DNA of 64,000 nucleotides from assembly GCA_032718475.1 (NCBI GenBank), contig JAUCBJ010000630.1, positions 56,937 through 120,936 of the forward strand, written 5' to 3'. The position numbers were made by a program, and so were the translations under genes. This document shows positions 1-12,744 of the stretch, piece after piece. Every line of letters starts with the position of its first letter. Within the stretch, counting starts at the first letter, position 1. The notes under the pieces were generated by a model. That model was not told the DNA's origin. It saw only the letters and a list, made by a program, of their open reading frames with translations, and made no database searches. The DNA is from Nemertoderma westbladi. Taxonomy: Eukaryota > Animalia > Xenacoelomorpha.

Positions 1-138
1 AAATATTTAAAAGCAATAATAACATTTATTAATTTTTTTTATTTGTTATTAAATAGATATTTATTAAATTATTCCAACGCAAATTATAAATTCAACTTAC
101 AAATAATAATTTATTTTGAACTGTTGATTAGTTGTCAG

Positions 139-323
139 GAATGGCTAAGTTCAGGAAGACCTGTAGACTGGTAATCGTGGCCCACGAGGTCATGCGAACC
201 ATTACAGAATTGTCGCTCGCTTCCACGCCAATGTCCGCCACTGAAGTACAATGGCACGCGCTACACACCAGTAACAACGCACGTAAACTCTTATTCCGAA
301 AGGATTACTTCTGTGCTTCCGAG
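139..323 (+). CDS. CNBD2: CNBD2-like exon (MAKFRKTCRL...DYFCASE)
   Basis: Acceptor ttgtcag|GA, donor GAG|gtaagt; in frame with the next exon. Confidence 0.7.
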
Positions 324-578
324 GTAAGTTCAATCTTCTGTGTAATCTCTTATTCACTCCATGAGGCAGACAAATCACAAGATTATGCACTATGGCTGGT
401 ACTCACGGCGAAAAACAATGTCCTGCAAAGCGGCGGCGGCTCTGCTAAATTGTCAACCTAGGGGAGACAAATATGAGACACCTCCAATTTATTTATTCAC
501 ATTTACTTCGGAAATCCAATTCTCCTCCGTATTATAAAGTCGTACAGTAGAGTTTTCTTTATTTATTTCCACATTTAG

Positions 579-745
579 GACGTCCGCGTGCCCCCATGGG
601 CCAAATCCATTATGTCGCAGGAACCGCAACAGAGGACCAACGCAGACATTAAAAAACTACACGCCCTCTTGCGTGGTCATCGCGCATTCGATAAATTCTC
701 CTACCCCGTGCAGGCCGCCATGTGTAGGTCGTTTACATACGATTG
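579..745 (+). CDS. CNBD2: CNBD2-like exon (DVRVPPWAKS...CRSFTYD)
   Basis: Acceptor catttag|GAC, donor TG|gtaagt; open frame. Confidence 0.8.
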
Positions 746-1148
746 GTAAGTTAACAGTAAAACTAAAGGCGGGAAAATCAAACTACAATTAGGGTCTAGT
801 TATAGCTGTACAGATGGCAGATTTCCAATTTTCTGGTGCTGCTTCAGCCAGCCAATGTGGCCGATTTTGATAATATTATAAAATTATTTTACTGTAATTT
901 TAATTCCTAGGTTTAGATTATTTTTTGGGTTTGAAAAGCCCCGCGGCAATGTAACCTGCTCCTTTCCTTAAATTGTGTTTAATGCAATTAAATATTTCAA
1001 CCAAAGCAGTTCCCTTTTCTTAATTGTTATACAGATTAATAATGATATGCTTTATAATTATTATTCCCCTCAAAAAGAGATCTAATAAGCTACTTTAGGT
1101 ATATTTATTTTACTTTAGGGGCCGTGCACTAATGATGAATTTTGTAAC

Positions 1149-1187
<39 letters not shown>

Positions 1188-1445
1188 ACCCCTGAACGTC
1201 ACGTCACAAAAAATACCCACTATAGTTAATAAAAAATGTTAAATTTAAAATAATTATGTTATTAAAACTAAATGTAAATACTTCATTAATTCAGCTGTGC
1301 ACAATGACTAAACAAGGAAGACACCCCGCATTATCACTCTCATATGGTAATGATATATTTTATTGTAATAAGTATTTGTAAAAGTATTTTATTTCTTCAC
1401 CAAAGTGCTATTGCGACGTCACAAGTATTAGTATAGCTTTATTTC

Positions 1446-1694
1446 ACTATTTTACTTTATATGATGATGATCCTGTATTTTACTTTATAAGATCCACTAT
1501 TTTACTTTATATAACCCACTATTTTACTTTATAGGATTCACTCTTTTACTTTATACGAGCCACAAATTAACTTTATATGATCCACTATTTCATTTTATGT
1601 GATCGACTATTTTACTTTATATGATCCTCTATTTTACTTTATATGATCCTCTATTTTACTTTGTAGGATCCTTTATTTTACTTTATAGGATCCA
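1446..1694 (+). repeat. Degenerate ~22-bp tandem repeat built from the splice acceptor of exon 1689
   Basis: About 11 units like cactattttactttata(t/g)gatc; the last copy is the real acceptor. Confidence 0.8.
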
Positions 1695-1851
1695 TGCTAA
1701 GCGTCTGATACTACGGAAGGGCCACCGAGGCGAGAACTTTTACTTTATTTTCTCCGGGACAGTTTTTGTCAACATCGAGGACGTCAATCCGGCGACCAAC
1801 CAGAAGATATGGAGCACAGCTGCGGTGCTGGGGAAAGGGGACTCCTTTGGG
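1689..1851 (+). CDS. CNBD2: CNBD2-like exon (IHAKRLILRKGHRGENFYFIFSG...LGKGDSFG)
   Basis: cNMP beta-roll motif; acceptor tttatag|G, donor GGG|gtaggt. Confidence 0.85.
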
Positions 1852-3425
1852 GTAGGTTGGAGCACAGCTGCGGTGTGGGAAAGGGGATTCCTTTGGGGTA
1901 GGTTGGAGCACAGCTGCGGTGGTGGGTAAAGGGGATTCCTTTGGGGTAGGTTGGAGCACAGCTGCGGTGGTGGGGAAAGGGGATTCCTTTGGGGTAGGTT
2001 GGAGCACAGCTGCGGTGGTGGGTAAAGGGGATTCCTTTGGGGTAGGTTGGAGCACAGCTGCGGTGTGGGAAAGGGGATTCCTTTGGGGTAGGTTGGAGCA
2101 CAGCTGGGGTAAAGGGGATTCCTTTGGGGTAGGTTGGAGCACAGCTGCGGTGCTGGGTAAAGGGGATTCCTTTGGGGTAGGTTGGAGCACAGCTGCGGTG
2201 GTGGGTAAAGGGGATTCCTTTGGGGTAGGTTGGAGCACAGCTGCGGTGGTGGGGAAAGGGGATTCCTTTGGGGTAGGTTGGAGCACAGCTGCGGTGGTGG
2301 GTAAAGGGGATTCCTTTGGGGTAGGTTGGAGCACAGCTGCGGTGCTGGGTAAAGGGGATTCCTTTGGGGTAGGTTGGAGCACAGCTGCGGGTAAAGGGGA
2401 TTCCTTTGGGGTAGGTTGGAGCACAGCTGGGGAAAGGGGATTCCTTTGGGGTAGGTTGGAGTACAGCTGCGGTGCTGGGTAAAGGGGATTCCTTTGGGGT
2501 AGGTTGGAGCACAGCTGCGGTGGTGGGGAAAGGGGATTCCTTTGGGGTAGGTTGGAGCACAGCTGCGGTGGTGGGGAAAGGGGATTCCTTTGGGGTAGGT
2601 TGGAGCACAGCTGCGGTGGTGGGTAAAGGGGATTCCTTTGGGGTAGGTTGGAGCACAGCTGGGTAAAGGGGATTCCTTTGGGGTAGGTTGGAGCACAGCT
2701 GGGGAAAGGGGATTCCTTTGGGGTAGGTTGGAGCACAGCTGCGGTGCTGGGGAAAGGGGATTCCTTTGGGGTAGGTTGGAGCACAGCTGGGTAAAGGGGA
2801 TTCCTTTGGGGTAGGTTGGAGCACAGCTGGGGAAAGGGGATTCCTTTGGGGTAGGTTGGAGTACAGCTGCGGTGCTGGGTAAAGGGGATTCCTTTGGGGT
2901 AGGTTGGAGCACAGCTGCGGTGGTGGGGAAAGGGGATTCCTTTGGGGTAGGTTGGAGCACAGCTGCGGTGGTGGGGAAAGGGGATTCCTTTGGGGTAGGT
3001 TGGAGCACAGCTGCGGTGGTGGGTAAAGGGGATTCCTTTGGGGTAGGTTGGAGCACAGCTGCGGTGCTGGGTAAAGGGGATTTCTTTGGGGTAAGTTGGA
3101 GCACAGCTGCGGTGGTGGGGAAAGGGGATTCCTTTGGGGTAGGTTGGAGTACAGCTGCGGTGCTGGGTAAAGGGGATTCCTTTAGGGTAGGTTGGAGCAC
3201 AGCTACGGTGGTGGGGAAAGGGGATTCCTTTGGGGTAGGTTGGAGCACAGCTGGGGGAAAGGGGATTCCTTTGGGGTAGGTTGGAGCACAGCTGCGGTGC
3301 TGGGTAAAGGGGATTCCTTTGGGGTAGGTTGGAGCACAGCTGCGGTGCTGGGTAAAGGGGATTCCTTTGGGGTAGGTTGGAGCACAGCTGCGGTGCTGGG
3401 TAAAGGGGATTCCTTTGGGGTAGGT
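1810..3425 (+). repeat. 48-bp minisatellite (42 nt exon end + GTAGGT donor), ~35 copies with 39-48 bp variants
   Basis: Unit tggagcacagctgcggtgctgggtaaaggggattcctttggggtaggt; the first copy is coding. Confidence 0.95.
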
Positions 3426-3539
3426 GATGTGTCAATTTAAAAATTTTTTTCAATACTGTTTACGTCCTTGATAAAGTCCGTATATCTCCCTGAAACTTAT
3501 AGTTATTTCTCCATATAACATCCATTTATTTCCCTATAG

Positions 3540-3688
3540 GAACTAGCATTATTACGCGATATAACTCGAACCGCCAACATCTCCTGTCGGGAATCCTGCG
3601 AGCTGCTGTGTGTTGAGAAACACGTGTTCGCGACTATATGTCCCGAGTTATTCGATAAGGAGCTCAGTGATAAAGTTACATTCATTAA
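3540..3688 (+). CDS. CNBD2: CNBD2-like exon (ELALLRDITRTANISCRESCELL...)
   Basis: Completes the phosphate-binding cassette FG|ELAL..R.A; acceptor cctatag|G, donor AA|gttagt. Confidence 0.85.
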
Positions 3689-4255
3689 GTTAGTATTTAT
3701 TGGGACGGGGGGGGGGGGGGGGGGTAGTGATTAATGACTAATTAGTGACTCATTCTTTGTACCAAATATTTTTGATTGAAATCTACAAATTTGTTTTAAT
3801 AAAAAAATTCCGTCACTGAAATTTTCAATTGATCTATTTATCTGATCTGATATAGGCTTATTTCCATTTCTATCGAACAGTAGATATTTTATCATGCGAA
3901 TAATAATTAGCATTATTTTAACTATTATTAATTATTAATAATTATTGAAATTAAAAGGCCAGGGAGGGCTATTTTTTTTATATTGATTATTTTGCAGTAT
4001 TGCCCCATATTGCCTTATGAAATGTGCCCGTTGTCCAATATGTATAAATCCACCGCGGCCTAGACCGGTTAAAAATAATCAAATAAAGTAATTATACAAT
4101 TAGAATAAAGTTTGGTTAAATTTTATAGTGAGCCTCTTGTGGTTTTCTGTCACATGCAGACTGATTAAAAAGAGGAACTATATTAAGAAATTACTGTGAA
4201 ATACTTTCAATTGACATTATTAGATAGTTATTTATTGAAACGTTTTTCTCCCTAG

Positions 4256-4331
4256 ACAATTGCCTTTATTTTCGAATGATTGGACTGACGAAGACTTGGA
4301 GACAATATGTTTTGATGCTCAGCTTCAGGAA
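4256..4331 (+). CDS. CNBD2: CNBD2-like exon (QLPLFSNDWTDEDLETICFDAQLQE)
   Basis: Acceptor ccctag|A, donor GAA|gttagt; LPLF..W start of the second CNB region. Confidence 0.75.
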
Positions 4332-4479
4332 GTTAGTAACCCCAAGTATAGTGAGATAAATAATCATTATTATCCCCATTTTTTATTATCATCTGTTGGT
4401 TGAGACAATACAATATTAGAGAGAATCTAACTGTACATTATGCCACCAAGCGGAATACGTTGGTATGGCCTCTGGTGTA

Positions 4480-4760
4480 TTCGATTGGTGTAGTGGTTGC
4501 ATTGAATTCACATCTCCTGTAGGTCGTGGGTTCGATCCTCACATGGGCCAGGGCAGTTTTCGTTTCGGCACGAATGCTTTAAAGGGACCAGCCAGGGCGC
4601 ATCTCTGCCTTGCATCCTTAAGTGGTAGCTAAATGAGTACTAGAGTTTCCTCTGGGGAGTAAAGTTCTGGGGGGACCGCACTGGAAATAAGTCGTCAGAC
4701 TTTGTGCGTAATCCCTGGCCTAGCGGCCGAAGAAAATTTACTTTACTTTTACTTTACTTT
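4480..4760 (+). mobile_element. tRNA-derived SINE
   Basis: A/B-box-like head (ggtgtagtgg...ggttcgatcc), central gccttgcatcc...aaatgagtac domain, (ttac/tttac)n tail; related minus-strand copies near 21173-21380 and 51253-51330. Confidence 0.65.
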
Positions 4761-5299
4761 GTCTAAAACATATAACGCAATTGAGCAAAAATATGCAATA
4801 AAGTGTTTCACAATTATGGATCATTGCAAAAACCCAGTTCTACCCTGCGGTATATGATGAGCGGCATCAATCACCCACCCCCCCCTCCCCCCCCCCCCCC
4901 CTAACTACAATCGTCCCCAATATTACATCATTTAGAAACATCTTGAGGCCATTAGTGAGAAGTTTGTACTGATATGGAGGATAGGTTTGGCGGCAAGATT
5001 GAACATTCAACTGAAATAATTAAATTTCCATAATTTTCGAAGTTTGCTGGATATATAATCTAATGCTAATTATGTAAAGTAACAATTAATTTAATGTACA
5101 TTGTTTCTTTCATGTTTGATAAAGCTACTTAAGTTTTAACTAATTGTTTTAAATACTACCTTTAAATATTATTTATTCCAAAATTGTAACATTACTCAAC
5201 GCCGTTAGTATTAACAGCGAGTTGTTATTTAGCACTTTACAACTTTAGAGGACATTACAGCATTGTATTGGCCTGTACATTTAGTATTGTATTTGGTGT

Positions 5300-5390
5300 T
5301 ATTGTTTACGTGGTAACCCATGACGGCGTTAAGTAATGTCCACTAAGGGGACATTACTTAACGCCGTCATTGGATACCACGTAAACAATA
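5300..5390. repeat. Near-perfect ~90-bp palindrome
   Basis: tattgtttacgtggta..atgacggcgttaagtaatgtcc / ggacattacttaacgccgtcat..taccacgtaaacaata. Confidence 0.8.
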
Positions 5391-5933
5391 GGTGGAAATT
5401 TGCCTGACAGCCAGATAGGCCTACTGCATTACCTACCGGTAGGCGGGGTATAGCTAATAATAACCAGTAGCTATAATTATTAACATGGCTCCAAACGCCA
5501 CCATAAATATAAGCTAACTTATTTATAACATAATTTATGTCATTTTTACATTTATTTATACAGCAACTAATATAATTTGTGCAGTTTCTATCACTTATAA
5601 TATATATGTACAATCATTTCGTAATGTTTAAATGTTGGAATAAAAACTACATACATACTTGTATGCAAAGTGCTTTACAGTGTTCTGATCCTCGTGGCTT
5701 TATTTTCACTCACTCACTAACGGTCGTTCGTGTAATAAAGCAAAGCCACTCGGATCTTCACACTGTAAAGTGCTACTTTATACACACAAGTATGTATAAA
5801 TAATTATTACAGGAAAAGATGCATGAAATTATTATTATATATTAAACAATTTCAGTGCGATATCGTACAATTCGCCCAGACTCATACTATTTTGTGTGTA
5901 TCAAGAAAAAATAATAGGAAATTTATATTTTAG

Positions 5934-6129
5934 AGCAATGTCAACAAAATAGTTGTTATTGATTCTTCAACAGAAGATTCGATGTGTTTGTGCGCCGAGG
6001 GTAAATTTATTATTATAAAGATTCTCGTTTTACCGGTCAATGCGATGATCCGAAATGATGCTGAGTTGGAGGCGGATCTATTGGAACAGAGTCGGGATCT
6101 CGAGGCGTTATTGTTCGATATGGGACAAG
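5934..6129 (+). CDS. CNBD2: CNBD2-like exon (SNVNKIVVIDSS...LLFDMGQ)
   Basis: Acceptor ttttag|AGC, donor AAG|gtgaga; frame continuous. Confidence 0.7.
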
Positions 6130-9100
6130 GTGAGAGTAGAGGCGTTATTGTTCGATATGGGACAAGGTGAGAGTAGAGGCGTTATGGTTCTATATGGGAC
6201 AAGGTGAGAGTAGAGGCGTTATTGTTCGATATGGGACAAGGTGAGAGTAGAGGCCTTATTGTTCGATATGGGACAAGGTGAGAGTAGAGGCGTTATTGTT
6301 CGATATGGGACAAGGTGAGAGTAGAGGCGTTATTGTTCGATATGGGACATGGTGAGAGTAGAGGCCTTATTGTTCGATATGGGATAAGGTGAGAGTAGAG
6401 GCGTTATTGTTCGATATGGGACAAGGTGAGAGTAGAGGCCTTATTGTTCGATATAGGATAAGGTGAGAGTAGAGGCGTTATTGTTCGATATGGGACAAGG
6501 TGAGAGTAGAGGCGTTATTGTTCGATATGGTACAAGGTGAGAGTAGAGGCGTTATTGTTCGATATGGGATAAGGTGAGAGTAGAGGCGTTATTGTTCGAT
6601 ATGGGACAAGGTGAGAGTGGGTTCGTTATTGTTCGATATGGGACAAGGTGAGAGTAGAGGCGTTATTGTTCGATATGGGACAAGGTGAGAGTAGAGGCGT
6701 TATTGTTCGATATGGGACAAGGTGAGAGTGGGTGCGTTATTGTTCTTTGTGGGACAAGGTGAGAGTAGAGGCGTTATTGTTCGATATGTGACAAGGTGAG
6801 AGTAGAGGCCTTATTGTTCGATATGGGACAAGGTGAGAGTAGAGGCGTTATTGTTCGATATGGGACAAGGTGAGAGTAGAGGCGTTATTGTTCGATATGG
6901 GACAAGGTGAGAGTAGAGGCCTTATTGTTCGATATAGGATAAGGTGAGAGTAGAGGCGTTATTGTTCGATATGGGACAAGGTGAGAGTAGAGGCGTTATT
7001 GTTCGATATGGGACAAGGTGAGAGTAGAGGCGTTATTGTTTGATATGGGACAAGGTGAGAGTAGAGGCGTTATTGTTCGATATGGGACAAGGTGAGAGTG
7101 GGTGCGTTATTGTTCTTTGTGGGACAAGGTGAGAGTAGAGGCGTTATTGTTCGATATGGGACAAGGTGAGAGTAGAGGCGTTATTGTTCGATATGGGACA
7201 AGGTGAGAGTAGAGGCGTTATTGTTTGATATGGTACAAGGTGAGAGTAGAGGCGTTATTGTTCGATATGGGATAAGGTGAGAGTAGAGGCGTTATTGTTC
7301 GATATGGGACAAGGTGAGAGTGGGTTCGTTATTGTTCGATATGGGACAAGGTGAGAGTAGAGGCGTTATTGTTCGATATGGGACAAGGTGAGAGTAGAGG
7401 CGTTATTGTTCGATATGGGACAAGGTGAGAGTGGGTGCGTTATTGTTCTTTGTGGGACAAGGTGAGAGTAGAGGCGTTATTGTTCGATATGGGACAAGGT
7501 GAGAGTAGAGGCGTTATTGTTTGATATGGGACAAGGTGAGAGTAGAGGCGTTATTGTTCGATATGGGACAAGGTGAGAGTAGAGGCGTTATTGTTCGATA
7601 TGGGACAAGGTGAGAGTAGAGGCGTTATTGTTTGATATGGGACAAGGTGAGAGTAGAGGCGTTATTGTTCGATATGGGACAAGGTGAGAGTAGAGGCGTT
7701 ATTGTTTGATATGGTACAAGGTGAGAGTAGAGGCCTTATTGTTCGATATGGGACAAGGTGAGAGTAGAGGCGTTATTGTTCGATATGGGACAAGGTGAGA
7801 GTAGAGGCGTTATTGTTCGATATGGGACAAGGTGAGAGTAGAGGCGTTATTGTTTGATATGGTACAAGGTGAGAGTAGAGGCCTTATTGTTCGATATGGG
7901 ATAAGGTGAGAGTAGAGGCGTTATTGTTCGATATGGGACAAGGTGAGAGTAGAGGCGTTATTGTTCGATATGGGACAAGGTGAGAGTAGAGGCGTTATTG
8001 TTCGATATGGGACAAGGTGAGAGTAGAGGCGTTATTGTTCGATATGGGACAAGGTGAGAGTAGAGGCGTTATTGTTCGATATGGTACAAGGTGAGAGTAG
8101 AGGCCTTATTGTTCGATATGGTACAAGGTGAGAGTAGAGGCCTTATTGTTCGATATGGGATAAGGTGAGAGTAGAGGCGTTATTGTTCGATATGGGACAA
8201 GGTGAGAGTAGAGGCGTTATTGTTCGATATGGGACAAGGTGAGAGTAGAGGCGTTATTGTTCGATATGGGACAAGGTGAGAGTAGAGGCGTTATTGTTCG
8301 ATATGGTACAAGGTGAGAGTAGAGGCCTTATTGTTCGATATGGTACAAGGTGAGAGTAGAGGCCTTATTGTTCGATATGGGATAAGGTGAGAGTAGAGGC
8401 GTTATTGTTCGATATGGGACAAGGTGAGAGTAGAGGCGTTATTGTTCGATATGGGACAAGGTGAGAGTAGAGGCGTTATTGTTCGATATGGGACAAGGTG
8501 ATAGTGGGTGCGTTATTGTTCTTTATGGGACAAGGTGAGAGTAGAGGCGTTATTGTTTGATATGGGACAAGGTGAGAGTAGAGGCGTTATTGTTCGATAG
8601 GGTACAAGGTGAGAGTAGAGGCGTTATGGTTCGATATGGGACAAGGTGAGAGTAGAGGCGTTATTGTTCGATATGGGACAAGGTGAGAGTAGAGGCGTTA
8701 TTGTTCGATATGGGACAAGGTGAGAGTGGGTGCGTTATTGTTCGATATGGGATAAGGTGAGAGTAGAGGCGTTATTGTTCGATATGGGACAAGGTGAGAG
8801 TAGAGGCGTTATTGTTCGATATGGGACAAGGTGAGAGTAGAGGCGTTATTGTTCGATATGGGACAAGGTGAGAGTGGGTGCGTTATTGTTCGATATGGGA
8901 TAAGGTGAGAGTAGAGGCCTTATTGTTCGATATGGGACAAGGTGAGAGTAGAGGCGTTATTGTTCGATACGGGACAAGCTGAGAGTAGAGGCGTTATTTT
9001 TCGATATGGTACAAGGTGAGAGTAGAGGCCTTATTGTTCGATATGGGATAAGGTGAGAGTAGAGGCGTTATTGTTCGATATGGGACAAGGTGAGAGTAGA

Positions 9101-12100
9101 GGCGTTATTGTTCGATATGGTACAAGGTGAGAGTAGAGGCGTTATTGTTTGATATGGGACAAGGTGAGAGTAGAGGCGTTATTGTTCGATATGGTACAAG
9201 GTGAGAGTAGAGGCGTTATTGTTTGATATGGGACAAGGTGAGAGTAGAGGCGTTATTGTTCGATATGGTACAAGGTGAGAGTAGAGGCGTTATTGTTTGA
9301 TATGGGACAAGGTGAGAGTAGAGGCGTTATTGTTCGATAGGGTACAAGGTGAGAGTAGAGGCGTTATTGTTCGATACGGGACAAGCTGAGAGTAGAGGCG
9401 TTATTGTTCGATATGGGACAAGGTGAGAGTAGAGGCCTTATTGTTCGATATGGGATAAGGTGAGAGTAGAGGCGTTATTGTTCGATATGGGACAAGGTGA
9501 GAGTAGAGGCGTTATTGTTCGATATGGTACAAGGTGAGAGTAGAGGCGTTATTGTTTGATATGGGACAAGGTGAGAGTAGAGGCGTTATTGTTCGATATG
9601 GTACAAGGTGAGAGTAGAGGCGTTATTGTTTGATATGGGACAAGGTGAGAGTAGAGGCGTTATTGTTCGATAGGGTACAAGGTGAGAGTAGAGGCGTTAT
9701 TGTTCGATATGGGATAAGGTGAGAGTAGAGGCCTTATTGTTCGATATGGGACAAGGTGAGAGTAGAGGCGTTATTGTTCGATACGGGACAAGCTGAGAGT
9801 AGAGGCGTTATTGTTCGATATGGGACAAGGTGAGAGTAGAGGCCTTATTGTTCGATATGGGACAAGGTGAGAGTAGAGGCCTTATTGTTCGATATGGGAC
9901 AAGGTGAGAGTAGAGGCCTTATTGTTCGATATGGGACAAGGTGAGAGTAGAGGCGTTATTGTTCGATATGGTACAAGGTGAGAGTAGAGGCGTTATTGTT
10001 CGGTATGGGACAAGGTGAGAGTAGAGGCGTTATTGTTCGATATGGGACAAGGTGAGAGTAGAGGCGTTATTCTTCGATATGGGACAAGGTGAGAGTAGAG
10101 GCGTTATTGTTCGATATGGTACAAGGTGAGAGTAGAGGCGTTATTGTTTGATATGGGACAAGGTGAGAGTAGAGGCGTTATTGTTCGATATGGTACAAGG
10201 TGAGAGTAGAGGCGTTATTGTTTGATATGGGACAAGGTGAGAGTAGAGGCGTTATTCTTCGATATGGGACAAGGTGAGAGTAGAGGCGTTATTGTTCGAT
10301 ATGGTACAAGGTGAGAGTAGAGGCGTTATTGTTTGATATGGGACAAGGTGAGAGTAGAGGCGTTATTGTTCGATATGGTACAAGGTGAGAGTAGAGGCCT
10401 TATTGTTCGATATGGGATAAGGTGAGAGTAGAGGCGTTATTGTTCGATATGGGACAAGGTGAGAGTAGAGGCGTTATTGTTCGATATGGTACAAGGTGAG
10501 AGTAGAGGCGTTATTGTTTGATATGGGACAAGGTGAGAGTAGAGGCGTTATTGTTCGATATGGGACAAGGTGAGAGTAGAGGCGTTATTGTTTGATATGG
10601 GACAAGGTGAGAGTAGAGGCGTTATTGTTCGATAGGGTACAAGGTGAGAGTAGAGGCGTTATTGTTCGATATGGGATAAGGTGAGAGTAGAGGCCTTATT
10701 GTTCGATATGGGACAAGGTGAGAGTAGAGGCGTTATTGTTCGATACGGGACAAGCTGAGAGTAGAGGCGTTATTGTTCGATATGGGACAAGGTGAGAGTA
10801 GAGGCCTTATTGTTCGATATGGGACAAGGTGAGAGTAGAGGCCTTATTGTTCGATATGGGACAAGGTGAGAGTAGAGGCCTTATTGTTCGATATGGGACA
10901 AGGTGAGAGTAGAGGCGTTATTGTTCGATATGGGACAAGGTGAGAGTAGAGGCGTTATTGTTCGGTATGGGACAAGGTGAGAGTAGAGGCGTTATTGTTC
11001 GATATGGGACAAGGTGAGAGTAGAGGCGTTATTCTTCGATATGGGACAAGGTGAGAGTAGAGGCGTTATTGTTCGATATGGGACAAGGTAAGAGTAGAGG
11101 CGTTATTGTTCGATATGGGTCAAGGTGAGAGTAGAGGCGTTATTGTTCGATATGGGACAAGGTGAGAGTGGGTGCGTTATTGTTATTTATGGGACAAGGT
11201 GAGAGTAGAGGCGTTATTGTTCGATATGGGACAAGGTGAGAGTAGAGGCCTTATTGTTCGATATGGGACAAGCTGAGAGTAGAGGCGTTATTGTTCGATA
11301 TGGGACAAGGTGAGAGTAGAGGCGTTATTGTTCGATATGGGACAAGGTGAGAGTAGAGGCGTTATTGTTAGATATGGGACAAGGTGAGAGTAGAGGCGTT
11401 ATTGTTCGATATGGGACAAGGTGAGAGTAGAGGCGTTATTGTTCGATATGGGACAAGGTGAGAGTAGAGGCGTTATTGTTCGATATGGGTCAAGGTGAGA
11501 GTAGAGGCGTTATTGTTCGATATGGGACAAGGTGAGAGTGGGTGCGTTATTGTTCTTTATGGGACAAGGTGAGAGTAGAGGCGTTATTGTTCGATATGGG
11601 ACAAGGTGAGAGTAGAGGCCTTATTGTTCAATATGGGACAAGCTGAGAGTAGAGGCGTTATTGTTCGATATGGTACAAGGTGAGAGTAGAGGCCTTATTG
11701 TTCGATATGGGATAAGGTGAGAGTAGAGGCGTTATTGTTCGATATGGGACAAGGTGAGAGTAGAGGCGTTATTGTTCGATATGGTACAAGGTGAGAGTAG
11801 AGGCCTTATTGTTCGATATGGGATAAGGTGAGAGTAGAGGCGTTATTGTTCGATATGGGACAAGGTGAGAGTAGAGGCGTTATTGTTCGATATTGTACAA
11901 GGTGAGAGTAGAGGCGTTATTGTTCGATATGGGACAAGGTGATAGTGGGTGCGTTATTGTTCTTTATGGGACAAGGTGAGAGTAGAGGCGTTATTGTTTG
12001 ATATGGGACAAGGTGAGAGTAGAGGCGTTATTGTTCGATAGGGTACAAGGTGAGAGTAGAGGCGTTATTGTTCGATATGGGACAAGGTGAGAGTAGAGGC

Positions 12101-12154
12101 GTTATTGTTCGATATGGGACAAGGTGAGAGTAGAGGCGTTATTGTTCGATATGG
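6102..12154 (+). repeat. 37-bp minisatellite (28 nt exon end + GTGAGAGTA donor), ~163 copies
   Basis: Unit gaggcgttattgttcgatatgggacaaggtgagagta; the first copy is coding. Confidence 0.97.
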
Positions 12155-12628
12155 ATCATGGCAGAATGCACACATATTCTTCTATCTTACTGTACATAAG
12201 ATTACCCGTCTGCCCATGTGTTTGTTATCTGACATTGTGTTCCGCGGGATTGTTATGTTCACAGTTAGAACTTGGTGTGAGATCAAATTTTCTCATATCC
12301 ATAATGTTATATATATCTGTATCGGCGGTGAGTTTTTATACCTAACCTAGCAGTTTTTTTTAAGGTCTGTTACGCCTCATCCTTGGGGGCTTTTGAAATG
12401 TTCTATTCTACCATTCTGGCCCTGGTAGTAGTGGTATTAGTTGAGTGGATGTTATCTTGGGTAGAGTTTTCGGTGTAGTGACAGTAATGGTTCTTATCCT
12501 GACAATGTTGTTGATGGCAAGATGTGTTATCCTCGAATAATAATATAAGTTTATTTATATTTTTGGGATATTAGTAAAGTAATGCTATATTATATATACC
12601 TATACTATATATTATTATTATAATTTAG

Positions 12629-12744
12629 GTATTAAAAAAAAGTCCAACAAAGGTAGCGTTGAGCCTGTTACAAAGACTAGACTGTTGAAATCCATGAACC
12701 TAGAATACGCGAATCTCCCTTATGCTCAGGGTAAGGAGGATATG
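12629..12744 (+). CDS. CNBD2: CNBD2-like exon (IKKKSNKG...GKEDM)
   Basis: Acceptor atttag|GT, donor ATG|gtaaga; phases fit both neighbours. Confidence 0.65.

Noticed and set aside
330-500. ORF 132-461 as a single-exon gene
   Set aside because: Only 139-323 is exon; the remainder resembles a decayed RTE-like fragment also seen inverted near 55480-55600
1711-3453. Long minus-strand ORFs (580, 502, 346 aa) and plus-strand repeat ORFs
   Set aside because: Products of a stop-poor minisatellite, open in several frames; no independent coding evidence
6102-12154. CRISPR-like 37-bp periodicity
   Set aside because: Head-to-tail repeats without unique spacers, no cas genes, eukaryotic intron context
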